A stretch of 64,000 nucleotides of DNA from Chrysemys picta bellii (taxonomy: Eukaryota). Below, in pieces: positions 52,401 through 63,908 of the stretch; within the stretch, counting starts at the first letter, position 1, and the number at the start of each line of letters is the position of its first letter. Under the pieces are notes generated by a model. That model worked only from the letters and a program-made list of their open reading frames with translations. It ran no database searches and was not told where the DNA came from. The stretch lies in contig NC_088809.1 of the NCBI RefSeq assembly GCF_011386835.1, positions 13,640,001-13,704,000 on the forward strand. The letters run 5' to 3'. The position numbers and the translations under genes were made by a program.

Positions 52401-53689
52401 CTGAGAAAATAAGTGATACCATTGAATTCTCAGACAAAAAACAAACAAACTTGATTAACTTGAAGTTATGTTACTTACTGCAGAAATCCTAATGGTTATG
52501 AATGAGAACTACTGAGGATATTACAATAAATGAAAGCCAAGGATAAGAAAATATGGAAAAATCTAATTCAGATGATTATTCTAATACCGCAACATTTCAT
52601 ACATATAAATGTGAAAATTCACACTTGATTTTCCACCCGCCACCTTAACTCTGACCACCAAGACAGTACAAGACAAGTAACATAGCACTTCATTATTAAA
52701 GTTTTATTCAAATTGTTTCAATACAAAAAACACCACTATTCTACAACTGTCTTGTACTACATGACAAATATGTCCTTCATGGACTAATGCACACACATCT
52801 TTTGAATTGTGCAGAATATAAATATTTTAATCGTCAAATTAAGGAGACATGATACAAGAACTCTGTTTTCTAATTGATGTTAATGTAGATAAGATCTTTC
52901 TAGTGTATTGCTTGATATAAAATATATGGTTAAAAAATAACACACAATCCTTGCATTTATCGTCCTTGCACAACTTATTATAAAAACTACTGAATAATAT
53001 AATGACATCTTAACCTTTCCCCTACCAAAAATCAAAAGGAAAATAGAGGTCAGAATCATGAAACATGAAATTTCACACCTAGATTTTTGTTAGAGAATGT
53101 ATGGACTGCATGGATTCTAGAATCATTATTTATATTATCTTATGTTTACATTTCCATACATTATAATGCTGAGATTGTATTATTTGTAGAACCCTTGATA
53201 TTGCTTTATTCTTTTGGTTGTTACTTACTGTAGCAATCTTAATTTTAAGTTAATTAAGTTTTTTGTCTGGGAATTTCCCTATGTAATAAAAATACAATAA
53301 AAAGAACATTCTTCAGGTTGCAAAGTCAGATTAATAACGTTCTTTTAACATTGTTTTATATGTGTAATTTCCTTTTTTTTATAAAGCAAACTGAAAAACC
53401 AGAAATTCCATCACTTGAATCATGTGCATTGCAATATAATGCTATCAGCAGGGTTGGAGCCTTTAGATACACCACAAAGACCTTTGCCATTTGAGCTGAT
53501 GGAGTAACTGATAGCAGTCGTAAGCTTTCATCCTCTGTGTGGACCAGCACTAGCGGTGGAGAGAGACCCTGCCAGTGGATTTCACAGAAGTGTGCTGATA
53601 GCAGAGGTATGGTGAGACTCGGGAATTCTGGGTTCCATTCCAGGCTGTGGAGGCCAGTGTGCTATTGTTGGCACAGCTTCTTCTATTTG

Positions 53690-54120
53690 CCCCAAACTTG
53701 ACCCCTTCTGCCCTGTCCCCGTCTTGTCTCTCCCCCACCCCTGGCTCCTTGTTTCAGGCCTATTTTCGTTGCCTACTCAGTCCCAGTCTCCACTCCTCAG
53801 GCTTCTCACCCCAGTCTCTTTGCCCTGGTCAGGGTTTGTTGTTCAATTCTCAATCTCCTCGACTCCCAGCCTCTTCCCTCCCTACACTCAGTTCCAGTCT
53901 CCTTGAACAGCCAGTCCCTGTTCCCCCTCCTGGCTCCTCATCCAATCTCTCTCACCTCCTCCCACTAGCTCCCAGTCCCACTCTCCTTCCCTGAGCTGCT
54001 CATCCAACAGCAGCTTCCTCCGTACTTCCTCCCTGGCTCCTTGTCTAGCCAGTGCCAGCCTTCCTCCTCTGCCAGCTCCTTGTCTGATCTCACTGTTCCT
54101 TCCACTATTCTATCATCTCC
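53690..54120 (+). repeat. Pyrimidine-rich low-complexity tract (ccagtc/ctcc sub-repeats), probably the interior of an old element
   Basis: Repeated cccagtctc / cccagtccc / ggctcctt motifs with strong C/T skew. Confidence 0.4.
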
Positions 54121-54959
54121 TTTTTTTAGTTGTGTGTGGAACAGCTATTCAGCTCTCCCCAAAAGTCACCTGTTGAACTGAGGCTTGATCTAAAGACCCT
54201 GAAGACTACTGAAGTCAATATGCCCTGACTCCATTAATATCTTTCACGTATAACACTGAACAGCCAGTAACTACATTCAGTCACTACCGACATGGGCCAA
54301 AGTATCACCGTAACAATCATTTGCCTGATCCCCCCTTAATCTGTCATGCTGAGTATTGATCAGCCGATAATGTGTTTGAATTTTGTCCTTCTTGTTTGAG
54401 TAGTTAACCAACCTATCCCCAAACCTTCAGGTTCAATTACCTACTTATCGCTCTGTGTATGCAGAGTTCTTCTTCTGAGCTTACTGACTGGTTTAGAAAA
54501 CAGCTCTGACTCCTTAGGCATTACATACACACAAACCTGTCTTACCCAACTACCAACTTCTCTACCACCACCACCAAATCATAAATTTCCTTCATACAAA
54601 CTGACATACAACAGAAACTTTCCAAACATTGAGCCAGGCCCCAAGCGTCCCCTATGCCCCAGTTGGTCAGGGAAAATAATGTTTCTGGAAGCAAAATAAG
54701 TCTCAAGAACCCGAGTGACTTCTTGGCAGAATTATGCCTTCAGGGCCCTTTTGACACCAGTGAAGTCATTTGATTTGGAAACGCTCACCCCTCCTGCCAT
54801 CCACATTCCTCCCTCTCTCCCTTATTTTCTCATGTACACGTTTTTGCTCTATTAAGTCATCCTCTTCTGCATTCCTTCCTCACAACAACCCCAAAATACA
54901 TTTAATAAAATAATTAAAACAAACAACAAAGACTTTTAAAACCACAACGGAACTAACAT

Positions 54960-55063
54960 TACAGAGACAAGGTGGGCGAGATAATATATAAAATATATTA
55001 CCTCACCCACCTTGTCTCCCTAATATCCTGGGACCAACATGGCTACAACAACACTACATACAT
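54960..55063 (+). mobile_element. Collapsed Penelope-like hairpin insertion (pLTR end only)
   Basis: TSD ggaactaacat (54949-54959, 55064-55074). Inverted repeat 54964-54989 / 54993-55018 (24/26). The right arm is homologous to the 3' end of the PLE at 29690-30960. Confidence 0.8.
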
Positions 55064-55169
55064 GGAACTAACATGACATTTGCCAACCATCACTCTGACC
55101 ATTCTGCATGGATGTTACAAAGTTCTCTAGTCCTCCTCCCTGCTCTTTTGTCTGTCTTATCTATTAGAC

Positions 55170-55419
55170 CAGGGATAGGCAACCTCTGGCACACGTGCCA
55201 AAGGCAGCGCACGAGTTGATTTTAATTTTAAATGAAGCTTCTTAAACATTTAAAAAACCTTATTTACTTTACATACAACAATAGTTTAGTTATATATTAT
55301 AGACTTATAGAAAGAAACCCTCTAAAAACATTAAAATGTATGACTGGCACGTGAAACCTTAAATTAGAGTGAATAAATGAAGACTCGGCGCACCACTTCT
55401 GAAAGATTGCTGACCCCTG
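55170..55419. mobile_element. hAT (Charlie/Buster-type) MITE, internally deleted copy of the 39718 family
   Basis: TIR cagggataggcaacct / agattgctgacccctg; perfect TSD tattagac (55162-55169, 55420-55427). Inserted at the start of an L2-type tail that continues to ~55535. Confidence 0.9.
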
Positions 55420-55894
55420 TATTAGACAGTCAACTACTCAGGACAAGGACTGTCTCTTTCTGTTTGTACAGCATCTCGCATAAGGGAGCCCTGAACTGAT
55501 TGGAGCCCTTGGGTACTACCTTAATAAAAATCAATAAAAATGACCATCAAAAAATTAGCTATACGTTCTGACTGTTTATCATGGTTACGCAGATGAGTGG
55601 TAACTGTTCCTCTTTCCCTTCCTTCCTTCTCCTGTCCCCTAACTCCCCCACTCCTGACATTATCCTCACCCTAATTCTGCCACTAATACAAAATATGTTC
55701 AGCCAACCACAGAACCCCAGCAGAAGCAAAACACGTAACTAACAAAACCTAGGTGGTTGTTACCAAGTTCATATGCTTGTATGTTACTTCCTGTCCCAAC
55801 CCTTCATCTCTTTATGTCTTTTAATCAGTCATTTTTGACAATGGGACTCCAGCTCCTAAATCACTTAGAAGATCTTTTAAAAATTTTACCCTAT

Positions 55895-55990
55895 GTGATT
55901 TAACCAAGGTCACACAGGAAATCTGTGGCAGAGCAGAGAACTGAATCCAAATCTTCCAAGTCAGCACCTTGACCACTGGACCATCCTTCT
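55895..55990 (-). mobile_element. CORE-SINE (MIR-like) fragment
   Basis: gtgatttaaccaaggtcacacaggaaatctgtggcagagcagagaactgaatcc...accactggaccatcc. Confidence 0.65.
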
Positions 55991-56920
55991 TCACCTTCGC
56001 TGGTGGACTGTGGAGCCTGTACCGAGTCAGGGAGACTCTCTGCAGGTGCAGCGGTTTGCCTGTGCATTGTACGTTGCAAGTTCGGGAGCTTAGCTTCTAA
56101 TCCTTCAGGGAGAGAGACTATGGATGAAATCCTGACCCCACTGAAGTCAATGGCAAAACTCCCACTGACTTCAATGGGGCCAAGATTTCATGCTTTTTCG
56201 GTGTTTGTACAGTGCCTGGCACAATGGGCCCCATTCGAGTAATTTGGCCAGTACAATGAATGAATCATCATCATCATCATCATTTCCCTAACAATACACA
56301 CATGAAAAAATAGAAGAAACGTTTAACAAAATAGGCTTTTTATAGTTAACAGCCTATTTTATGTCTCTTAGCACTTGGCTTATTGTATGAAAGGAGGTGA
56401 CACAGTTGAAATATACAAAGGTCGACTAAAGTTATTTGAAAACCAATCATGGTAAATTAGCAAGCCCACAGCATCACTAAATGGCTTTTCATAATTTTCC
56501 CCCCTTAACTTTGTTTTTATCTTGAGAGCACAATCGAGCAATTATTTGTTAGTGGGAAGATAGTGTAGTAATTTGGCACAAACATAAATGCTTTCATGAT
56601 TTAATTTCAAGTGCAACACTAGTAAAGACCCAGAAAGAAATTCTAATTGTTCCATTTTTTACATTAACATTTCACTTCATCTTTCTGTTCTGAAAACATC
56701 AACACCCACATAGGGAGGTTATGCTGATCAAAATGCTACACAAGAATCTAAGATTAAAACCAGAGCAAAATAAGTTCTGCAAACAGTCATGCAAGAGACC
56801 TGGATTTGATTCCCAGGCCTGGCCACTCACTCTCCAGACTGAGAAAATACTTAACCTAAGCTAATAGGGATACCTCTGGTCAATGGTTCATATCTGGATT
56901 ATTCAATTATCAATGGTGTA

Positions 56921-57228
56921 TTATGATTTTGCATTATGGTAGCACCTAGAGGCCCCCAACCAAGACCAGGGGCCCATTGTGTTCAGCACTATACAAGCTC
57001 TTAACAAGAGAGAGTCTCTGTCTTGAAGACCTTTCCATCTAAAGAGACCAACAACAACAACAAAAAGAGAAAAGAAGCCTTATCATCCCCGTTGTACTCA
57101 GAGAACTGAGGCAGAGAGAGATTAAGTAACATGCCCAAAGTCATAACGGAAATCTGTGGTAAGGCTGGGAATTAAACCCAGATCTCCTGAGTTCAAGTGC
57201 AATGCCTTTACCACAGGACCATCCTTCC
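56921..57228 (-). mobile_element. L2-type tail (~56921-57040) followed by a MIR-like relic (~57075-57228)
   Basis: gcacctagaggccc...cattgtgttcagcactatacaa, then ccccgttgtactcagagaactgaggcagagagagattaagtaacatgcccaaagtcat. Confidence 0.6.
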
Positions 57229-58323
57229 TGTTAACTATGGAACCACTGGAGTTGGACAGATTTAAAAATAAATAAATAACCGTACACCGTAAGGGGAAGG
57301 AGATAGGTTGTAGAAAGGTGGAGGCAATGAAAGGTGAGAGAAACTGAGGTATTGAGAACTCCTTCATTACTTCAGTGCAGAATGCTGAGATGCTGTACAC
57401 TGGTCCTCACTGTGCTGAGAGTTAAGCAATAAGATGATGCTACACCATATCAGAGTATTGCACATCTTGTGACCAACTACCCAAGTCTGGAAATAATCCC
57501 AGCACAACACACACTCGGCTCTGGCTTTTAGGAAAGCCTGAATTTTCACCCACCAGCAGCTGTGACAATATTCTGCCATGACACTGTAGGCCAGAACAAC
57601 TAGAATGGTCCCCTTCTTTAAAAAAAATAGCCCTTAGCAAAAGTTAACATGGACTGTTCCACCACGTTGCAGATACTGAGCAGCTACAATTATTTCCTAG
57701 TTCAAGTACAGATGAATATGCAGTATCAGATCCCTCCGGCAGGCTGACTAGTGGGGCCAGGTACCAGAGTGATATGCACAGAATAAGTACCTACGAGACA
57801 GATCCACGGGCCACTGTGTTATTTATTTAGTAAAGGGGAAATGCAGACCTTACATTTTAAAGCAGCCATTGCAAAGCCTAGGGGAGGCGAAGGATCTCAT
57901 TTAATTCAACCCACTCCTAGTTTTAAGGATCTCTCTTCCTTGCAACTCCCACTGACAGAAATGTAAAAGCTATTGGACAGCATCAGGAGTTGAGTGTGTA
58001 ATTGCCCAAGTACCGCATGGGCTCTTCACCCCAGTTTGCACTTTGCTTTAATTTAACCTTCTACATAGAGACTCTTGTCACTTCATTACCACATTATTTT
58101 TAAAAACAACAAGGAGTCTGGTGGCACCTTAATGCTTCCTCAGCTCTCGTCCCCTAGTGTCCCTCTTCTACTTGCGCTACATTGATGACATCTTCATCAT
58201 ATGGACCCACGGAAAGGAGGCCCTTGAAGAATTCCACCTGGACTTCAACAATTTCCACCCCACCATCAACCTCAGCCTGGACCAGTCCACACAAGAGATC
58301 CACTTCCTGGATTTCACAACCCA

Positions 58324-59328
58324 GTGAAAATAAGTGATGGTCACATAAACACCACCCTATACCGGAAACCTACTGACCGCTATACGTACCTACATGCCTC
58401 CAGCTTCCATCCAAGACACATCACACGATCCATTGTCTACAGCCAAGCCCTAAGATACAACCGAATTTGCTCCAACCCCTCAGACAGAGACAAACACCTA
58501 CAAGATCTTTATCAAGCATTCGTAAAACTACAATACCCACCTGGGGAAATGAGGAAACAGATTGACAGAGCAAGACGGGTACCCAGAAATCACCTAATAC
58601 AGGACAGGCCCAACAAGGACAATAACAGGACACCACTGGCCATCACATACAGCCCCCAGCTAAAACCTCTCCAGCGCATTATCCACGATCTACAACCTAT
58701 CCTGGAAAATGATCCCTCACTCTCACAGACCTTGGGAGGCAGGCCAGTCCTCGCTTACAGACAACCCCCCAACCTGAAGCAAATACTCACCAGCAACTAC
58801 ACACCACACCACAGAAACACCAACCCAGGAACCTATCCCTGTAGCAAACCTCGTTGCCTACTCTGTCCCCATATCTACTCTGGCAACAGCATCAGAGGAC
58901 CCAACCACATCAGCCACAGCATCAAGGGCTCATTCACCTGCACATCCACTAATGTTATATATGCCATCATGTGCCAGCAATGCCCCTCTGCCATGTACAT
59001 TGGCCAAACCGGACAGTCCCTCCGCAAAAGAATAAATGGACACAAATCGGACATCAGGAATGGTAACATACATAAGCCAGTAAGTGAACACTTCAATCTC
59101 CCTGGTCATTCTATTACAGATTTAAAAGTCACTATCGTTGAACAAAAAAACTTCAGAAACAGACTTCAAAGAGAAACAGCAGAACTAAAATTCATTTGCA
59201 AATTCAACACCATTAATCTGGGCTTGAATAGGGACTGGGAGTGGTTGGCTCATTACAGAAGCAGCTTTTCCTCTCCTGGAATTGACGCCTCCTCATCTAT
59301 TATTGGGTGTGGACTACATCCACCCTGA
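58324..59328 (+). CDS. PLE polyprotein C-terminal part (RT thumb plus GIY-YIG endonuclease), transposon-encoded remnant
   Basis: 334 open codons: LYRKPTDRYTYLHASSFHP...SQALRYNRICS (PLE RT C-terminus) and NVIYAIMCQQCPSAMYIGQTGQSLRKRINGH...ELKFI...GLN (GIY-YIG). Out of frame with the upstream YIDD segment, so not a complete enzyme. Confidence 0.85.
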   Translation: MKISDGHINTTLYRKPTDRYTYLHASSFHPRHITRSIVYSQALRYNRICSNPSDRDKHLQDLYQAFVKLQYPPGEMRKQIDRARRVPRNHLIQDRPNKDNNRTPLAITYSPQLKPLQRIIHDLQPILENDPSLSQTLGGRPVLAYRQPPNLKQILTSNYTPHHRNTNPGTYPCSKPRCLLCPHIYSGNSIRGPNHISHSIKGSFTCTSTNVIYAIMCQQCPSAMYIGQTGQSLRKRINGHKSDIRNGNIHKPVSEHFNLPGHSITDLKVTIVEQKNFRNRLQRETAELKFICKFNTINLGLNRDWEWLAHYRSSFSSPGIDASSSIIGCGLHPP

Positions 59329-59426
59329 TTGAATTGGCCCTGTCAACACTGGTTCTCCACTTGCGAAGTAACTCCGGCTCTCCATGGGTCAGTATATAAT
59401 GCCTGCATCTGTAACTTTCACTCTAT

Positions 59427-59467
59427 GCGTCCGAAGAAGTGAGGTTTTTACTCACGAAAGCTTATGC
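59427..59467 (+). ncRNA. Minimal type I hammerhead ribozyme-like motif in a PLE pLTR
   Basis: GCGU-CCGAAGA-A-GUGAG(guuuuua)CUCAC-GAAA-GCU-U-AUGC. The stem II sequence differs from the 20.7-kb copies but pairing is preserved. Confidence 0.7.
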
Positions 59468-61285
59468 CCAAATAAATCTGTTAGTCTTTAAGGTGCCACC
59501 AGACTCCTTGTTGTTTTTGTAGCTACAGACTAACACGGCTACCCCGATACTTGACATTATTTTTAGATAATTGTCACTGTAATGTCAGAACATGGGTCGA
59601 TGGCTATTAGATTTATTGCCAGAACTAGCAGCAGATGTGTCAAGAAGATAGAAAGTGTATGACAGTTTGTTGAGAAAATCTGACAACAGGGAGTTGGGGT
59701 TATAAAATATAGTTGCCTGTACTGACAAAACTGTTTAGGAAAAATAACATAGCAAAACTAGAATACATTACTAAAGCTAAATCACCACAGTCCACTTGTG
59801 GTGATGTTTTATGGGGATACACTTGGAAGAGGTCTTCACAGATTTTCTTAAAGACCTCTCGCATGGCCAGATTATAACATACTGGCCTTTCACCTCTAGA
59901 AACCATCACTCAAATGCTGGCTCCAAGAACACAATAGTAATGTGTGGTGGTCTCGTTCATATCTTTGTTTATGCACAAGACAAAACTAGCTCCCAATTTG
60001 GCTTGATTAATAGTCATTGCTCAAGAAATGCCACGACTTGACACAGCTGCGGGTATTGTAAATTAAGACTCTAGATGTAAGTTAAGGCCCAGCAGTGCAG
60101 ACAAGCAATGCTTACAAATGTCCACTTCAATTTTCTCTTATGTTTTGTCTTAGTAAGAGATCGCATGGTCCAATGGACAGGCCACTAAAAAGGGGCCCAG
60201 AAGACTTGGATTGTACACCCAACTCTATCACTTCCCATAAAGGGATTCTCTCTTATGATGTGTTTGTACAGTACCTATCACAATGGAGCTTTGATCTGGG
60301 TTAGAGCTTTAAAATAATACTGTAATACAATTAATAATTAGAGGGTTTTTTTCAAAAATGCCTAAATGAGTTTGGAGCCTAGATCCCATTTTCAGAAGGG
60401 ACTCAGGCATGTAGAAGTCTAAATCCCATTAAACCTCAATGGGACTTAGGCTCCTAAGCCACTCGGGCACTTTTGAAAGTGTTCCCATGTATCTAAACTT
60501 TTGCTGATGTGCATCCAGATTAATATTCAAGAATATCCTACTTTGTCTGTGACCTAGTCACTGCTGCTACAGCTCATGATCCGTGTGTTGTTTCTCCGTG
60601 ATGAATGTGTTACCGATTTATTACTCATCCGTTGCCAGCATCAGAGAATATTCGGATAATAATGCCAAACAATAATTGAAAACAAAATTATCTATCAGTT
60701 CCTTGTCAACCTGGTTGTCATCCAAATGTCACATTAACTTCTAAACTGACAGACTATCAGAAGACTAGTCTTTTAACTCTATTATTCCTTTAAGAAGTAT
60801 TTATTTTTATCATTCTGTGATAGATATCAGACTTCCTTTAGATGTTCCTGATAAGAAGAATTTACTTTAAAGTCAACAGCTCTCATGTTGCCTCAGGGGA
60901 TGAGTGAAGTCTATAAAAACTGTTATCCTACAGTTTAAAAGTTGGAATTTCAAAAGGTGCCTACAGGATTAGGATGTACAATTTCCATTAATTTAATGGG
61001 AATTGGGGATCCAAATATCCTTAGGCACCTTTTGAAAAAACTCAGCTTTAGTGTTTATTATGGAGTTACAACATTATGCTTTATGTGGACAGTGGTTTTC
61101 TGGGATACGTGAGGAATATCCTGTAATGGCAGACCACACCGTTTTTAGTAAGACTTGACAATCTAATCATAGGCATATTATCTCTGATGGGGGTACATGG
61201 TAGACTGTATTATTTGGAACGGGGTATGCAGCCTAAAAAGTTTGAAAATCACTGCTATATGAGATACCAGAGTCATTTCACATGT

Positions 61286-61475
61286 GGGGGGGTGTGATAG
61301 CTCAGTGGTTTGCGCATTGGCCTGCTAAACCCAGGGTTGTGAGTTCAATCCTTGAAGGGGCCATTTAGGTAACTGGGATAAAAATCTGTCTGGGGATTGG
61401 TGCTGCTTTGAGCAGGGGGTTGGACTACATGACCTCCTGAGGTCCCTTCCAACCCTGATATTCTATGATTCTATG
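61286..61475 (+). mobile_element. tRNA-derived SINE with a CR1 3' tail (tortoise Pol III/SINE type)
   Basis: Box A tagctcagtgg (61298-61308) and box B gttcaatcc (61343-61351). The 3' part gggggttggactacatgacctcctgaggtcccttccaaccctgatattctatgattctatg matches the CR1 terminus at ~1935-1993. Confidence 0.93.
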
Positions 61476-62934
61476 ATAAGCACAGCATAGGGGTGAGGGG
61501 AAAATCAAAGTTTCTCATATACCACTGCGTGACAGCTATTGGTGAAATTTCACAATTTAGCAGCAGCATCCACCATATCATTCTACATAATTACTCATAA
61601 CCCCATTTTCCATACCTATGGGCCTTACCCAACAAGATCATCCCCTTACGAAGAGTTCTTTTGACATAACTTGTGAGTAAAGCTTTTCTGGATTGGGCCC
61701 TTGTTCCTTATAAACAGCATTTCCTCATCCTTCCCTCTTTGCTTTTATCTGTTTATCTTAAATCAAAGAATCTTTCATCCCTTTAGTGGTATATTACTTA
61801 TCCATTAGGAAATCTGAATGTAACTACTCTCTGTGGGTGCCACACTGCTTCATACCAGTAATAGCTGATGGATCTGATGGTAATCGGTTTTTGTTTACAT
61901 ATACAGTTGTCATAGTCAGTAGTTAGCTAATGTTTGTAAAGTACTTTAAAGATAAGTGCTAGAAGTGTCAAGCATTATTATGCTCTGTAATATGTGATCA
62001 AATTCACATTTCTTTAAAGTATTTTAAATGAGTGCCATTTTAAAAAGACAAAACTATATTTCAGTAAAATCATCTAAAAGGCCACATTTCAAAAAGTGCC
62101 TCAATTTTGCATATGCAGTCCCCACAAGTTTCATGTGCAAATTGGGTAAACAGCTAACTGTGCAATTTGCTGTTTGCTCGCACCAGTTTGGATCTGAGTG
62201 TGTGCAAATTATTGCACATGCAAAGTTGGAGATATACATTTAATGGATGCTTTTTTGCAAAATATGGCCCTACATTATTCAATTGGAAAGTAGTTTAAAG
62301 CTCTAATTTGCTTTTTAACATTTGTATAATACCGATTTGCCTTTGTGCATTTCTTCCAGATAGGGGGCAACTAACTTCACTGGTCAAGTTCACGTTCCTT
62401 TTTAGTCAATTTCACGTCCTACACTGGCACAAGGGTGCAGTTTGAGATTTTAACACTGCAGAGGGATGTTTACTCTTAACATTCAGAGATGCGTATATTA
62501 AAAAGAGTTTAAAATAATTTTTATTTCTATTACATTTTGTAAAATATCCATTTTGTTTTTACAAACAAACTCTTAAATGTTGGGCCTAACATGAGTTGGG
62601 GTGTCCCAGTAGAGCGTTTGTCAGTATTCTCGGAAACATTTGGCTCAGTGAACAGAACTTTTTTATATTAATCAATTATTTTTTCACTGCTGAGGGCTCT
62701 GTTCAGCAGCTTGCTGACCACCTTCACTCCCACTAATGTCAAGCACTGAACAGCTTACTGCATGGATCCATTTGTGTAAATCAAACAGAAAGCACTAGAC
62801 AGAACTGGTTGTTCAGAACTGATACTCATTGAACCTGCTAATAACAGAGATGGTTTCTAACACTCCCAACTTTAGGGATGTTCAGATCAGGATCTTAATT
62901 CTGGGCCTGTCTGTCTACATACTTACATGGCCCT

Positions 62935-63140
62935 GATTATTAAAGTATCTGAGCACCTCACAATCGTTAATGGATTTTATCCTTAACACTCCCATTGTGA
63001 GGTAGTGAAGTATTATCCCCATTTTACACACGAAGGACTGTGGCACAGGCTGGACTAAGTGGTTCACACAGGGAGCCTGGCTGAGAAAGAAATATACCCT
63101 GGTTTCCTGAGTCCCAGTTCAGTGGCCTACCCACCAGACC
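62935..63140 (-). mobile_element. CORE-SINE (MIR-like) relic
   Basis: attatccccattttacacacgaaggactgtggcacagg...ggttcacacaggg...cctaccccaccagaccatc-like text; reverse-strand MIR core. Confidence 0.6.
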
Positions 63141-63908
63141 ATCATTCATTCCTACTCTCAAATGGTCATGTATGTATAGTTAGCGAACTGTTTGTATATT
63201 GATTTAATAGCCTCTGACTTGTGCCACAGTTTCAGGGTAACTTCACTTGTACTCCCACTTTGTGACCCCTTGACGACAGCCCTTAAAAGCTTCCCGTTCC
63301 CAGCCATCATCTCTCTGGGGCAGAGACCTGCGTGTCACTCCTGACCGGGGTTTTAAGGCTGAACAGCTCCCTGCACTGCGATATCCCCAGCAAGCCAGTC
63401 TGCCTAAAAATGCCAGCGCCTGTGCTTTACTGTCTCTCTGAGGGCTATGAACAGCATATTGCCAGCAGTGACAAGATATCACACAGCTCCTTCTAAGCAG
63501 GCACATTTGTTTTCAGGTAAAAGCATTACAGAGAAAACATACAAACCTATAAGGGTGGGTTCCCCTTGGACAGCAGGTTCTCTCTGATTGATGGATCAGA
63601 AAGAAGACTCTGAGTCTGTCTAAACTTTGGCCATTTATCCTGTTGTCTGTTTGTCTCTGGAGAATCCAGTTTAAACCAGTATACGCAAGACACTCCAGGA
63701 GGCGGAAGCTCTCTGGGAGGAGTAGGGGCTTACAACCTAACTGATTTGCTTGAAACAGCACCAACTGTTTTTAGTTCCTGGAGCAGCTGTGGTAGCCCTC
63801 TCTAATGGAGTAGAGCACAAACATACATAAGTTGTGTTTACACGTCACACGGTACAGCAGCTCAGCTATGCCATTGCAGCTGAGTCAGTGTAGAGCCCTA
63901 GTGGACAC

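Larger units (their letters stand above)
58103..59553 (+). mobile_element. Penelope-like element, 5'-truncated, with an inverted pLTR segment at its 5' end
   Basis: YLRYIDDIFIIW RT motif (YIDD codons at 58178-58189), ORF 58324-59328, then pLTR and tail. 30-bp perfect inverted repeat 58102-58131 / 59489-59518; TSD acattattttta (58091-58102, 59554-59565). Confidence 0.95.

Noticed and set aside
27951-56283. Short microsatellites ((TTTG)n ~27952, (GTT)n ~29300, (CT)n(CA)n ~34328, (ATC)n ~56264)
   Set aside because: Short and ordinary for a vertebrate intron; no higher-order pattern.
61286-61360. tRNA gene
   Set aside because: Has A and B boxes but no clean cloverleaf, and it runs into a CR1-derived tail. 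It is a SINE.
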